Positions 26,690 through 41,072 of a DNA stretch of 64,000 nt are shown here, one piece after another. The notes under the pieces were generated by a model, which ran no database searches, was not told the DNA's origin, and was given only the letters and a program-made list of their open reading frames with translations. The translations under genes were made by a program, and so were the position numbers. Each line of letters starts with the position of its first letter. The stretch's first letter is position 1. Origin of the DNA: Mustelus asterias (Eukaryota). Location of the stretch: NCBI RefSeq assembly GCF_964213995.1, contig NC_135811.1, forward strand, positions 30,628,001 to 30,692,000. Reading direction: 5' to 3'.

Positions 26690-27420
26690 TGTCAGTGACC
26701 TGCTTCCCAGCGACTGAAGAGCACCCACTCTCTCAGACTAACCTGCTGGGCAAGGGGACGGGACCTGGCACCGCCGGTCGACCCCGTTCGTGCCCTCGCC
26801 GATGGAAAAGGGGAGGGTTTGAAGATGGAGAAGGGGGGGGGGGGGGGGGGGGTAAAAATTAAAAAAAACCCGGAGTCCCTAAAGGGATTAGGATGAGAAA
26901 GAAGCCGAGGCCCTGTCACAGGAGCCACCGGGGGGGAACCGTTAAACCGTCGCGTCGCGCGGCCTGCCCCCGAACTTCCAATTTTTAAAAAAAACCTCAT
27001 CGCCTTTAAAACACCAACTGCCGAGCGTTTCCCCAAAATATATACATACGTTTAGTTTTTAATCTTAGCCGTTCACTTACCTGCTAATTGACGTCTATGT
27101 GGAAAACACCTTTTCAGCAGAGTGACATCCCGGCCGGGCTGGCGGAGGTGCAGGCGGCCTTTTGAACGCGACCGGCTGCATCATCATCGACGGCCAGGTA
27201 TTTTAACGGAATTGCACATTTAAATTCTATTCTGGGTTTTTTTTTTCTCCGCCGAGCGAATCCTCTCGCTGGAAGATTGAAGCCAAGCGACCGAACAAAA
27301 GCTGGAAAGGGGGGTCAGAGTTCGGGGAGGGAGGAATCAGTGCGACGGCTTAACGAGTCCCCACGGAAACTGTCACCCTAGAAACCACAGCGCCAATAGG
27401 GTCCAGCAAGCTGCTCGGTG
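26690..27420 (-). promoter_or_regulatory. CpG island / probable promoter and non-coding exon 1 of IKZF5 paralogue B
   Basis: Non-repeat CpG-rich stretch with a consensus minus-strand donor CAG|GTAAGT (exon end 27081), upstream of the copy B coding exons. Confidence 0.7.
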
Positions 27421-27698
27421 GCAGTGCCTGGCTGCTGATAGATAGAGCCTTTCTATCTATTACCTTGGAGCAGACTTTCAGGCAGGGTGAAATACTATAA
27501 AGGAAGAGCGTATTTCCTGCACAGCCGAGTTCCTGTTACATTTTGGGCATGGAGGAGGAGTTGGATTATTGGATCTGCTGCTGCTGTCGTCCCACCAGAC
27601 TCATGGGTGTAACTTACCCAAGTAGCCTCACTCAACCAACTCCTAAAATGGGGGTGAGGGGAGAGATACTTTTACCGCTGTATTGTCCTAGTCTTAGA

Positions 27699-28100
27699 GG
27701 CAGCACAGCGGTTAGCACTGCCGCCTCAACAGTGGTCAGGGTTTGATTCCGGGCTTGGGTCACTGTGAGGGAGTCTGCACGTTCTCACCCTGTCTGTGTG
27801 GGTTTCCTCCGGGTGCTCCGGTTTCCTCCTAGTCTGAAAGATGTGCTGGTTAGGTGCATTTACCATGCTAAATTCTCCCTCAGTATGCTTACTCAACAGG
27901 TCATGATATGGAGTGACGTTGGACTGGGGTAAACACAGTAAGAAGTCTAACAACACCAGGTTAAGGTTAAACCTGTTGGACTTTAACCTGGTGTTGTTAG
28001 ACTTCTTACTGTACTCCACTGGTGCCAGAGTGTGGCCACTCGGGGATTTTTACAGTAACTTCGTTGCAATGTTAATGTAAGTTTACTAATAAATATACTT
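27699..28100 (+). mobile_element. V-SINE interrupted by a short Penelope-like inverted repeat (27902-28011)
   Basis: SINE head and V-domain; the insert CAGTAAGAAGTCTAACAACACCAGGTTAA...TTAACCTGGTGTTGTTAGACTTCTTACTG matches the element at 41073. Confidence 0.82.
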
Positions 28101-29340
28101 AAAACTTAGTGGGTCTGTTGCCTCCCTTGGGCCAGTGTGAGGGCTATCCTAGGCAAATGTTTTAGGAAAGTAGTGGGAAACAGTTAGAACATAGTCTCTG
28201 TTGGAATCATTGGTATTCATAAGAAATGAAGTACGTTCTCTGCAAAAGGAAATTTTAGTAATTAGAAAACAGCTTAAATTATAAAAGGCTTTGGAGGTGG
28301 TATTCTCAGTGCCTGGTATTATGATCGTGCCAAGGTAATAAAATACTTGGCTGGAGAGGTAATATGGGAGGAACGGGTTCAGGTTTCTGAGACATTGGCA
28401 GCAGTTAGTTCTGAACAGCAACACCATGCTTAAGCATCACTTGAATAGGGACCAATGTCTTCATGTTACTTCTACTCAATATTACCTGATGAATTGCTGC
28501 ACACACTTATGCTAATTGTGCAGAGGTCCAGTACATTTAGCAGCACGTAGCTTAACACATGAGCAAATTAAGCTAACCATAAAGATGAAAAGTGCCTGGA
28601 AGGATAAGAAGTAAATGGAATTCCAGAGGCATTAATCAAAAGGCCAGATCGTCAGCCCTTAGCAACCTGTAGAATAAGGAAAAGGATGTTTCTACTTGTG
28701 GGGCGACAAACCAAGTAACAGAGGATGCTGTAAAAACTAGCAGGTCTGGCAGCATCTGCAAGGAGAGAAAGCAGTCTTTATTTTACATTTTTTACTCCAT
28801 CCTTAAAGTTACAAAGCCAATGCTCAGAATGGCCTGGAAAGACCCAAATCCATTCCTTGCTCCAAAAACCAAGTTCAAATTGAATCCAATTCAAGGTCCC
28901 CATGAGAGAAAAACAAGATCTAAGCTGACAAGATAAGGCATTGCACTCCATCTTGGGCCTGGTTTCCACTTGATCTTAGCCGAAAGCTAAGTTCGATTTT
29001 AAAGTGTAGCTGTAAGATTGCAGCAAAATGCAGCAACTTTAAGGACAAAATGTAGGAACTTTTAGAACGAGACAGATCGTAAACTGGGGGGGGGGGGGCA
29101 GTAGTTGCATTGAAGCAATATGCGTATGATTTTTTTTACAAGAGTATTTAAGATGGAGGAGAAAAGTCATAACCTAAAACTACCAAACTCAACATGGAAT
29201 CCTGAAGGCTGATATGTGCCTAACTGGAAGATGAGATGGTGCTCCTCCAGCTTGCATCTGGGCTTCACTTGAGCATTGCAGCAGGCCAAGACAGACATGC
29301 AGGCATGAAAGTAAGGTGTGGAATTAAAATGGCATGCTAC

Positions 29341-29642
29341 AGAAACACTACAGTGCAGAAAAGAGGCCATTTGGCCCATCGAGTCTGCACCGACCCAGGC
29401 CCTACCCCCATATCCCTACATATTTACCCGCATCTCAGGACTCCAAGGGGCAATTCCTAGCATGGCCAATCATCCTAACCCGCACATCTTTGGACTGTGG
29501 GAGGAAACCGGAGCATCCGGAGGAAACCCACGCAGTCACGAGAATGTGCAAACTCCACACAGACAGTGACCCAAGCTGGGAATCGAACCCAGGTCCCTGG
29601 AGCTGTGAAGCAGCAGTGCTAACCACTGTGCTACCGTGCCAC
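29341..29642 (-). mobile_element. HE1-like V-SINE
   Basis: Reverse complement of the 19547 family. Confidence 0.87.
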
Positions 29643-29903
29643 CAACAGAAGATTGGGGTCATGCTTGCGGACTGAGCAAAGCACCCAGTCTGCGATTAAT
29701 CTTCCCAATGTAGAGGAGTGACACATTGGGAGTGACAAAGACTGAATTGAAGGAAGTGCAAGTGAAATGCTGCTTAACCTGAAAGAAGCGTTCGGGACCT
29801 TGAATGTTGAGAAGGTAAGGGGCAGGTGTTACACCTTCTGCAATTGCAAGAGAAGGTGCTGAGGGGATGGGGAGTTGGGCATGATGGAGGAGTGAACCAG
29901 GAT

Positions 29904-30695
29904 TGTTACAAATCACACATTTTAAATGTGAGGGTATCCCAAAACCCAGAAGGTTAACTTGGAACACCAGTTCATAGTGGTGTATGTTTTTTTGGCATTA
30001 TGTGGGGAATGATGTGCAACCCTGTGAGGAAATAGTCCAGTCATTGTTTGAACAATTAATAAAGAATATTAACCTAAAAAAAACAGAAACACACATGACA
30101 AGAAGGACTGTAATACTCTATTATATTTAAGGATACTGATGGCTATACACACAATTTTACATGAAATTATCCCTTTGTCCCTAAAACTGCCTACGTTTTA
30201 CCTGAACTCAGACACCCCTTTTACAAAACAGCATCTAATAAGTAACTGTACATGGTGAATTCAGCAAGTAATTACCATAACCAAGTTAAGGTGGCCAAAC
30301 CTGGGATAGTCTTCTGTTTCAATGAAAGCAGAAAGAATTGGCTGCTTCTCTCAGGAGACTGTAGCTGCAGCTGTCAGCATATCTGATGTTAGCTGTCTCT
30401 ACTTTTTTTTTCTGTTTGACTTTGTTAGGGTTCTACAGTTATACCTGATCTTTCCCTTTGACTCTATCCCTCTGTGGTGTTGGCTTTTGACAGGTACGTG
30501 TCAATTTCCTTATCTCTCCAAATTGAAGTGACCACTTTTATAACCCCATTGTTTTCTCCAGTCACATATGTAAAATAATTATTTCCCACCGATAGGCTAA
30601 TTCGCATCTCATCATTTCTCCAGCTGTCTGCCTCTAATCAACTTCCTGTTTTGATTTTGTTTTTCTTAAATGTTAATTTTCCCCAATTTTTAATA
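29904..30695 (-). mobile_element. Probable solo LTR inside the Penelope remnant
   Basis: TGTTA...TAATA termini; 4-bp TSD GGAT/GGGT; flanks rejoin the Penelope sequence. Confidence 0.55.
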
Positions 30696-31099
30696 GGGTG
30701 TCACGGAGTGAAAGGTGCAGGCAAAATGCTGATTGGGGGCAGGTGAGGGGGAAGATGTGTTTCCTCGTAGCATCGTGCTGGAGTTGGCAGAAATGGCTGA
30801 GAATGATCCTTGGAATAGGGAGGCTAATGAGGTGGAAAGTAAGGACAAGGGGGAACCCTATTCTGGTTCTGGGAGGGAGGGGGAGGGGTGAGGGCAGACT
30901 TGTGGGAAATGGGTGCAATCCGGTTGACTATCCAGTCAACCACAGGTGGGAGGAAGCCTTGGTTAAGGAATAAAACAGACATGTCAGAAGCACCATTTTT
31001 AAAGGTGATATCATCAGAACAGATGCGACTGAGGAGAAACTTGGAAAATGGGAGTCCTTACAGGAAGCTGGGTGTGAGGAGCTGTAGTCAAGGTAACTC

Positions 31100-31413
31100 A
31101 TAGAATCATTAAATCCTACAATACAGAAGGAGGCCATTCAGCCTATCGAGTCTGCACTGACCAATCCCACCCAGACCCTATCCCATAACCCCATGCAATT
31201 ACCCTAGCTAGTCCCCCTGACACTAAGAGGCAATTTAGCATGGCCAATCCACTTAACTTGCACATCTTTGGACTGTGGGAGGAAACCGGAGCAAACCCAT
31301 GTAGACACGGGGAGAATGTGCAAAATCCACACAGACAGTGACTCAAGCTGGAATAGAACCTGGGTCCCCGGCACTGTGAGGCAGCAGTACTAACCACTGT
31401 GCCACCATGCCGC
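31100..31413 (-). mobile_element. HE1-like V-SINE
   Basis: Same family as 19547. Confidence 0.87.
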
Positions 31414-33829
31414 TGTGGGACTTGGTGGGTTTGTAATGAATATTGGTGGTCAGTCTATCACCGGAAATGGAGACAGATGGTTACTCATAAATCCAATAAG
31501 GAACTTTGGAAAATGCTGACGTGAATAGCGTAGATGCATTTGAGAAGTACATGAGGAAGAAAAAATTGGGAGAAAAGGATTGGGGTGAGACAAGCTCATG
31601 GGGAACATACTGGAGTAGACACACAAAATCAAATAGCCTGCTTCTATGCTGAACAATTTATTTTTAAAATATATTGACCAATAAAGAGAAGTGCCAAGGA
31701 CAAGTGAACCGTAAATATGACTGAGCTGGGAAGCAGCTGAAAAATCTGTTCCAAAGAGCCATCCAGTGGTCTTGTCATGCAATTGCATTGTGATAGCAAT
31801 ATAGGAAAATTAAATGGGAAATGTGGACCTCGATATTTATAATGGCAAGTAATGCAAAAGGAGTTCCCAGCAAGTGACACAAAAGTGCACTTTCATCGCC
31901 ATCCTCTCCACTCATTCTTAGTCAAATCCACAATGATCTCTACATGGATCCTAATTTATTGAATTTTTAAAAAATTGTCTCTGGTTGATTCTAATAAGCA
32001 ATCAACTCCCAGACCTGTTGCCACTTTCTCTAGAAGTGAAGATGCATATTTGACTGTATCTGTGAGTGGAAGGAATATGTCCCATGGCATCTGCTGACTG
32101 CCTGCTACATTTTCCTATATTAAAACATGGAAAATCAGAAATGTGAAAAAAAGTCTTCCTGCATTCCTGCTTTTTAAATCATTACCTAATGGATACTACT
32201 TCTTTTGTATGATGGGAAAAGCTTATAATTAGATGTCTAAGTTGGCTATCTAATCAATGACTTCCTGAAATACCAATTAGAGATGCTTAACTAATTAAAA
32301 ACAAAATTTATGCCAACATTCCAAACACTTGTCCAATATAAAATGCGAACACTACATAACAGTAGATTAAATGAGGTTCAGACATTGACATGAGATAAAC
32401 CAATTCCATATCGTCACCAGTCATTTACTTTTATAGGGTAAAACAAAAACTTCATATGGATTTCTACTGAAGTGTTTTCCTGGTGCAAGCTACTTTAAAT
32501 ACCCTAGATAGCCTAACAGGAAAAGATTAATATTTTAACAGGTTGTCACAAGACTTCATTTCATATAGAAAATGTGCATGCTTTGTATTCATTTCTGGTG
32601 TGAAGCTGAGAAATTAATACTGCTAGGACACGGTCTGAATCCTACTGCCAGTCTACTTATTTCAGTAGGGGAGTAGTTGAGTCTCCTATTAGGAGATCCA
32701 AGTCTTAGGATTGCTACAATTGAAATACATAACTAGATTGTTTTAGTCCATTCTTAAATGGCCAGTGCACAGAAGTATATTAACTCAGATTTAAAAAAAG
32801 ACTTTGTCCTGTTAATATCACAATCTTATCTCATCAATCTGTTAATGTTTTAGGCTGACCTTACTGGAGGATATCCTGCGAGTAGACAAAAAAAAATGTA
32901 GATTCAAGAATGACTAATATTTGAATTTTCTACTAATTCGGTGGAAATTTAGAAAATTCAGTCAAGTTTCACGGTGAATGCAGGAGTAGGAATCAGGCTA
33001 ATTTTTTTGCAAGATACCTGGTATTTAAGTGGCTTGTAACATTACCACTAATTTGACAGCAGGTTGTCTGGTGTGACTGGTAGGTTTCAGGAACTTCACT
33101 CCTGACAGTAAGACAGAATCACAATATTAGGTGTAGCTACAACATTGCCTTCATTGACAACAAGATTCTCTGGTACAATATATATAATACATTTTTAATA
33201 ACCCTCTGATGTTAAGGTTTTCATCAGCTATGAATCCAACCATATTCATTCTTTCCAATTTATTTTGTTTGCCATCACATTAACAGCCAGGTCTGGGATA
33301 TAATTAGATAATGAGAGGCCTACATAAAGATTTTAAATCTCAAGAGCTTTAGTGAGGATACAATGACAATGGTAATAAACAGTCTATAATGAGAAGCCAT
33401 AGATAAAAGATTAAATGCAAATGACTGGAACAGAAGACAGAGGAACTTGTTCAATTGTGCAATTCACTTCCAGGCAAAACCTGTCAAAGTTCAAAATTAC
33501 ACTGGACGGGTTAATGAAGGGTTTTTTTCCCCCCCATGTTGTAACTTCAATGCACTTTTCTAATTTGTTTAACTTGAAGTAATAAACTAGAATTTTGCAT
33601 ATTTGAACTCCTGTTTCAGCGCGGTTTAAATGTGGTTTTAATAAATAATTACAATTCACAAAACTCTACATCCCTGGTTTCATCCTGGTGCATTTGCTGA
33701 ACCATCTCTTCTAGCTCACTTGCTGTTTTAAACCATCTGTAAATGGTTAAAGTTTTCAATTTTGTAAAAAAATAGTTTGAGTTTGATTTTTTTTTAAAGT
33801 TCTAGTTTTGAAAATTTATTGAGCGCGCC

Positions 33830-35430
33830 TGATGTGAGGATACAGATCAGAAACCCCAAGGTATATTATGAAGTTAGATCCCAACTATTTGCTATTTTGG
33901 CATTGTGAGGACAAGGTGTTTCACTCCAAATAACAAACCCCACTACTGGCTTATCCTGTTTACCACATCTGTCTTCCCAGTGCTTTTCTTAGGCCACCAA
34001 CACTGCAACTTTGTGTCTCCTACATTATTACAATCATCTATCTGAAGCTTTTTATTTCTCTTCCACCCTCATATGTTCTTACTACTTCGGGATGTAATTT
34101 TTAAATTCTCTTCAATTCTTTATGCATCTCGTTCTTTGCCAGGAAACAGCTGAAACGTTCAGATATTTCCCCAAGGGAAAAAAGGCAATTTTACCATTCA
34201 ATCACTGTTTGCAGGTAACACATTGGCACACACCAAGAGAATTCTCTTGGTAAATAAATGATTAAGGGATCAGAACCTCTGGTACATGGAAAAAAGTAAA
34301 TTTACATGGGAAAAACACTTAAAATATGAAGGCTGTATAAATTCTAACTATATAAAGAGACTGGGATCTCCCCGTAATACTCCAAAACACTCACAGAAAT
34401 TCCCAATGTCTCTTTATCTTGTTGGTCAGTGTTTGTACTACCACCAGCAACTGACTACAGCCAGGAGGACTGAGAGGCAGACCAGGGATTGATCCACAGG
34501 ATCAGCCAAGCAGGATGTCATACCACCAAGAACAGAACGAGTTCAGGTTATTCATTTTCAAGTATCCAGAGACCTTTACCCATAATCATCATCTGACCAG
34601 GTTTTAAACAAACAGAACTTGAGTAACAGGAACAAACAACTTTCAAAGTAATTAGCAATATCTTACTTGTGCACTCTGGGAGTAGGCCCCTTGACTTAAC
34701 TCTTGACTCAACCCTTTGAGGGCTCAAACAGGTGTCTTATAAGAAAAATCTCTAGGTTCCCGCAAACCTTCGCCTTGTTCTCTTCCTCATCAGAGCAGGC
34801 TTCAGGATTTCAAAGTGACACCCTCCCCCGTCCATGGCTCCAATCTTGGAAAGCTGGACACTGGCTCAATGTTCATTGACCTTTCTCTTGGACCATTTGT
34901 GGGGATCGCGGTCTCTTGTCCCTTAACCACCTGATAACATCTTTGAGGGTCAAATGCTCGGATTACCACAAGTCAGAAGAGAATCTTACCATTTTTGTTA
35001 AGTGGTGGCAGGCCTCACATTTAACATTTTTTGCTGTTCTCAGCCAGTGTATTCAGTCACCACCTCTATGCCAACATGTAGTGAACATCATCCCTACAGG
35101 ACCTCAGGTTATGTAGTCACTGTTGTTTAGAACAGCCAAGATGACCACAGATTTATAACCAGCTCTCAACACAATCCATTATCAATGAAGTGGAAAAAGT
35201 TTAACATCCCCTGACTCGACTGTTGTAAGTGCATACAACATAGGCATTTCAACCATACTTCCTGTTGGCTGGACGAATAAAGGAGAACTATCAGCGGAAG
35301 AGAAACACTCGCTATTCAATTCTCCACAGTTGTTTTAGCCATCACCACTTGGTGCCCAGAGGGACAGTGCAACTCACTATGGCATTGATAACAGCAAGAT
35401 TCCCACAACTACATTAACCAGCTCCTCAAC
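33830..35430 (-). mobile_element. Decayed Gypsy-like element (gag/protease-region fragments)
   Basis: Minus-strand fragments RCSLHVGIE, WLRDKRPRSP and KWSMNIEPV resemble fish/shark Gypsy gag-pro. Confidence 0.45.
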
Positions 35431-36146
35431 CTGATTTGAGAGTCATAGGTACTCCCACCAATAAAAAGCTTTTCAAATGGACTTCATCAAATGCCTTCTA
35501 GAAGTCCATATAAACAACATCCATAGATATTCCCTGTCCACTACTTGAATCACCTCTTCAAAGTCAAACCAGATTAGTCAGGCATGACTTGACAAATTAG
35601 TGTTGGTTATCTGATCAGCTGAAAATTGAAGGTATTCAATAACATTTTCCTTAATTGTAGACTCCAAGAGCTGCCCAACAGATGTTAGACTAACTGGTCT
35701 ATAATTCCCTGGTTTCCTCCTTAAACAGAAGACTGACATGAGCAATTTCGCAAAAGGAACAGATACTGGAGAGAGAGTTTTGCAAGACTATAATTAGGAT
35801 ACACTGTATGTACCAACTATTTTAGAGAGAAACAAGCTGGAGGAAATTATTTTCTTATTTTCTCATTTTGTTTCATCTTTTCCATCAACTGTTTATGCCT
35901 TCCTTTTGGTCTCAAACACATGTTATAGCTTGTTTATGTTTTAAGAACATAAATGATAAACCAAGCAATGAAAGAGTAATTGGGTCATTAACAACCCAGA
36001 AAATATAATTCACGTTTACTTAAAACAAAATTGTAAACTAATTTAACTTTCATTATAGTTTTACACAGGATTGAGAAAAAAGTTACCATACAATAAAACA
36101 AGATTAATTTAGGTTATTTTTTAATAGCTTTTTAGTACAAATAACA

Positions 36147-37072
36147 TTAAGTTTGCTTATGCTGACCTCTGGCAAAATGACAAGCAAAATCATATTGGTT
36201 TTTACATTTACATCCACATATGTTACACTGAAATGGATTCTCATAACCATGGCACCCCATGTGAATAGTATAAAGGATATTGTCTGCAAAGTACATGTCA
36301 CAGTGTTGGCAGTGATGCAGAAGCTGGGGATCCTGGACTTGAATTGGAGGAGCAGGAGTGCTAGGTTGGCTGTTCGTCATGCAGGGTGAGCTCATGTGAG
36401 CACTGCGCTCACTATTAGGGCCTGGAACAGGACTGAAGGTTCTTTGATTATGCACAGGATGTCTATCAGGACTAGCATTGGATGAGCTTTGAGCCACACT
36501 AGAAACTACAGTAGTAACTATTGGTGCCATAGATTGTGGTATAAGATATGGTTTCTCATCTCTGCATGTCATATCAGAAGATGCTGGAGCTTGGTCATCT
36601 TGCGAAAGGCTGGAAAGCTGGCCAGCTAAGGCAGAAAGCTGGTTTAATGGATTATCCACCATCATGTCCTGTACATCCCTTGAGATTCCACTAGTCTGTG
36701 CTTTTGTCAGACCCTCATAAGATTCAGCTGAGATGTTATGAGAAAACTCATCAAGGTAATCTGTCTTCTGTGCCACCATGGGAGGACTGAAATTACTCAG
36801 AGGTCGTCTTCCATAACTCAGGGAGTAGCTGGATTTTTTCTGCAAAATTCCCATCATTCTCTTATTGGTCAGTGATGTCCTGCGTCCTTTTAGAGGAAGT
36901 AGTTTATGCCTGCGCCTGCGATGGTGGGATAAATTACTTTGATCACTGCAGCGAAAGGAACAAAGCTCACATTTATATGGTTTTTCACCTCTATGTGAGC
37001 GCATATGTGCTTCAAGGTGACGCTCATAAGCTGAAGCAAATGGACATAGGTGGCATCTGTGGGGTTTCTCAC
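36147..37072 (-). CDS. IKZF5: IKZF5/Pegasus paralogue A, last coding exon (ZF2, ZF3, C-terminal ZF4-5)
   Basis: CAG acceptor 37075-37073; open frame to TAA at 36149-36147; ends HHCQHCDMYFADNILYTIHMGCHGYENPFQCNICGCKCKNQYDFACHFARGQHKQT. Confidence 0.97.
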
Positions 37073-39319
37073 CTGCATGAGAAAGAACAAATCAGCAAAG
37101 TTATTCCACTTTTCCTCTTAAAACTTTATATCTTAAGCAAAATCTGAAAGATTTCTCTCCTTCAGGTTGGAAAAAATACCACTCAGCTTCCCAAATGCTT
37201 CTGTAAGTATTTGACATGAGCCAAACAGAGGAAAGCTTCAAGATTAGACCCCCTGCCTGTGCTGAGTTAGCTGATCTCAGTTCGAGCTGTATAACAAAAA
37301 TGCCCGTTTGCATTTCTAGGGAATGAGGGACCAGTGTTACTCATTCAGTGATTCATACTGGGAAATGCAAGTATATGGATATATGAGGCGAGGGGCAGCC
37401 AACTAGTCAATATGACCTGACGCGTCTCAGAAAGAGGTGAACATTTGAATGAGACAAAATTCCATGGGCATCCATGAAACTGTAGACCAGCAGAATCACC
37501 GTATTCAGGAAAAGGGAAAATGCAAACAAGTGAACATGACAGATAATATACTTAGTTTGAATATACGCCAACAGCTCCTGTTTTACCAAGGCTATTTTTT
37601 AATCTGTAGCCCAACCATTTAAAAATGATTGTCCCGTGACCAGAGTGTGTAAAAAGGAATATTGTTCTGGCTGTCACATTATAGAACTCCATTGGGAAAA
37701 GAAACTGTGCAAAGAATTAATGAAAAATTCAATCATGTCCAATAATAGTAACACAATAAATGTAAAATTATGGATCAAGGAAGTTGTTTGCGTCTTCCTG
37801 AACTTATACCACTGATTTTCCTATAAAGGAAACTGAGAAAAAAAAAGGATCTTCAGATGCAATCATTCTCTAAGCTTGCACATCAGAAAGACACACAATT
37901 TAATAACAAGCATTTTTAAAAATGACTACATGTTGGCCTGGAGTTTGCAGAAACAATGGTTAGGCTAACGTATATGGCCTAAATCAGAAAGCAACTTGCA
38001 GCAATCACATGTGCACATTTAAATGAAAAAAAAACAGACATTGCCGTCAGGAATACTCCGTCCCTCCACTGTTGCATTGCAACAGTTCTCGCAAATACTC
38101 AATATCACTGATGGTATCAAGTTGTGACAGTACCCAATAAAAAGCCCCAAAAAAGGTAAGGCTCAGTGCATTCAAGATCAGATTAAGCTTTAATGAAATA
38201 AGTGATGATCACTGCCAAACAACCTTCCTGGCCCCCAAAAATGTGACGTCTTATTCCTTCGAAGTTTGAGATTTTTAAATATATGCATTTTTCACATATT
38301 GTTTCTCATCTCTTTTAATCCCTTCTTTCCCAATCATAATTCCACTTTCTGTATGTGATTTTATATAGTGAATTAAGTGTATTCATACTTTCACTTCAGG
38401 CTTCCTGGTTTATACTCTATATCTCAGTGAGAATTCTTTAGTCTAATTTGAAGAGCCTTGCTGTTTTTTGTCCTGTTTAGACATCTAGATCTCCTGGAGA
38501 GTGCACCACACTAGAAATGATTTAATTGCATAACTTGCTTCAAAAGCTCATCAAAAATTTGTGGGCAACTGTCAATGTAATGCACAGCAAGCACCATTCC
38601 TGTCATTGACCGAAAGTCTAGATCAATATATCAGGAATAAATACCTCCTCCTAAGGTTTGCTTTATGGAATTAGTATGTATTCTTTTGTCAACATCAGTT
38701 AATATCTATCTTTGGAAAAACCCTGCACTCATCATCCTTCAATCTCCAGTGACCCCAAAATTTAATTGTTCTGGAGAAGATGAGCCTTGTAGCTTGCATT
38801 TCCAGACTGCAATATATATTCCAACTACATTTGGCTTGCAAAGCCAAAGTGAAGTGTTATGAAGCATAGACTCATGAAAATGTTCACCTGGAACACATTT
38901 GTACAAAAGCAACTGTACCATACCCCTCTGCATGTAAAGAATTAGTAATAATATCAAGTGCTGCAAATAAGCATAATGGCCACGATTTTTCAGGCCGTTC
39001 ACCGCGGGCACACAATCTGAGATCCCGGGCCCTCCCTACTGACATAACCAGGTTCACACTCAGTGAGGACGTGTACCAAACAACCAAGAATTTAAATTTA
39101 AGTATTCATAAATGGCCAACGCCATTGCTTTCGGGGTCATCAGATGTTCCGTCCTGCCAGCATGACGTAATGCTGGAGGCGAGTATAGCACCTGGGTGAT
39201 GAGTGACATGACCAGATGGGCACTGCCGTGGGTGGGGTCAGGGTCTCTAGGGATCACATTGGAGGGGGTGGATTCATATTATGTGGGATGCAGGCAATGG
39301 TGAGGGGAGGGGAAAAGTG

Positions 39320-40540
39320 GTCAAATAGTTCCAAGTCTGGAAGATGTGTAGCTTGGAGGGCAATGCTGCCCTTGTCCTTTGAGGTGGTAGAGGTTGCGGT
39401 TTTAGAAGGTGCTGTTCAAGCAGCCTTGGTGAGCTGCTGCAATGCATCCTGTAGAAGGTGGTTAAAGGGGTGGCAATGAAGCAGGCTGCTTTGTCCTAAA
39501 AAGTGTTGAACTTGTTCAGTGTTGTCACAGTCACACTCATACAAGCATGTGGAGAATCTTCCATTGAACTCCTGATTGTTCATATTTTAAAGGCACAGTC
39601 TTTGGGGAGTCAGGAGAGGAGTTACTTATCACAGAATTCCCAGCCTCTGACTTGGTCTTGTAGCCACATTATTTGTGTGTTTTTTTCAGTTCAGTTGCTG
39701 GTTAAAGATAACCCCCAGGATAGAGCGGCAAGGTGGCACAATGGGTAGCACTGCTGTCTCTGGGCGCCAGGGACCTGGGTTCAATTCCAGCCTTGGGCCA
39801 ATGTCTATGCGGAGTCTGCATGTTCTCCCCATGGCTGTGTGGGTTTCCTCTGGGTGCTCTGGTTTCCTCCCCCAGTCTGAAAGCCATGCTGGTTAGGTGT
39901 ATTGGCCATGCTAAATTCTCCCTCATTGTGGTGCCGGAGTGTGGTGACTTGGGGATTTTCACAGTAACTTCATTGCAGTGTTAATGTAAGCCTACTTGTG
40001 GCACTAATAAATAAACTTTAGGATGTAGATAGTGGCTAATTCAGTGATTGGAATGCATTTGAATGTCAATGGGAGATAGTTAGGATTCTCCCTTGGAGAT
40101 AGTCATTGCTTCGCACTTGTGTGACATGAATGTTACTTTACGTATCCAGCCCAAGCCTGGATACGTCATCCAGCTCCTGTTGCATGCCAGAGTGGACTGT
40201 TTCAGTATCTATGGAGTCACGAAAAGTACTGAATACGGTGCAATCATCAGCAAACAACCCCATTTCTGATCTTATGATGGAGGGAAGATCATTGATGGAG
40301 CAGCGGAAGACGGATTTACACTGGGACACTACCCTGAGGAACTCCTGGTGCGACATGCTGGATTTGAGATGATCTTCCTCCTACATCCATTTTCCTTTGT
40401 GCTATGTATGGCTCTAAACCAGTGATGAGTTTTCCCAATTTTCATTGACTTCAGTTTTACGAGGCCTCCTTGATTCTACAGGTGGTCAAATGCTGCCTTG
40501 ATGTAAAGGGCAGTCATCCCAACCTCATGTACTTAGAGTT
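39320..40540 (-). mobile_element. Decayed LINE RT fragment with nested V-SINE (39725-40018, +)
   Basis: INDLPSIIRSEMGLFADDCTVF (ORF 40138-40356). Confidence 0.75.
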
Positions 40541-41072
40541 TCAGAGACTAGAAGAAGTGATATGTAAATCGCAAAATTCAGTATCAAAATTGACCAAAAA
40601 CAGAAAATTTGGTGCCTGAAACATTTTAACAACAGGAATATAAAAGTGTTTTAATGGCAGAGTGCAATGTGTCATGTTGTATGGGTATGGATATATGTTA
40701 TATATGCACAAAGGTATGATGTAGGTATACATGAAATATTCACTGTTTTTAAACTAATGACTGTATGATATTTTATACTGGAAGTAAAGCCAAAGACAAA
40801 TTTTCACTGTTGCGTGGACAATAAAGCTTCCTTCTATTCTATTAGCCGGTAAGGAATACTAAAATTAATGATGTGAAGGAATTGATAGAGGTTTTTAAAA
40901 TCCTTTTATGAATAGCATAGGGGTCTAATTAGCTCAATTGGCTAGCAAGTAGTTCATAATAACACCAACGGCATGAGTTCAATTTCTGTTCTGGTTGAGA
41001 TAGACTTGGGATCAGTCCCCTCACCCTGCTCCTGAGGCTGGAAGGCAATGGCAAACCACTGACAAAAAAAAG

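Larger units (their letters stand above)
29160..31100 (-). mobile_element. Penelope-like element remnant (GIY-YIG endonuclease and RT C-terminal region) with nested SINE and LTR
   Basis: KLEEHHLIFQLGTYQPSG (ORF 29167), FQVKQHFTCTS...LYIGK.NRRLG (ORF 29659), PLVLTFH...FCQLQHD..RKHIFP (ORF 30673). Confidence 0.78.
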
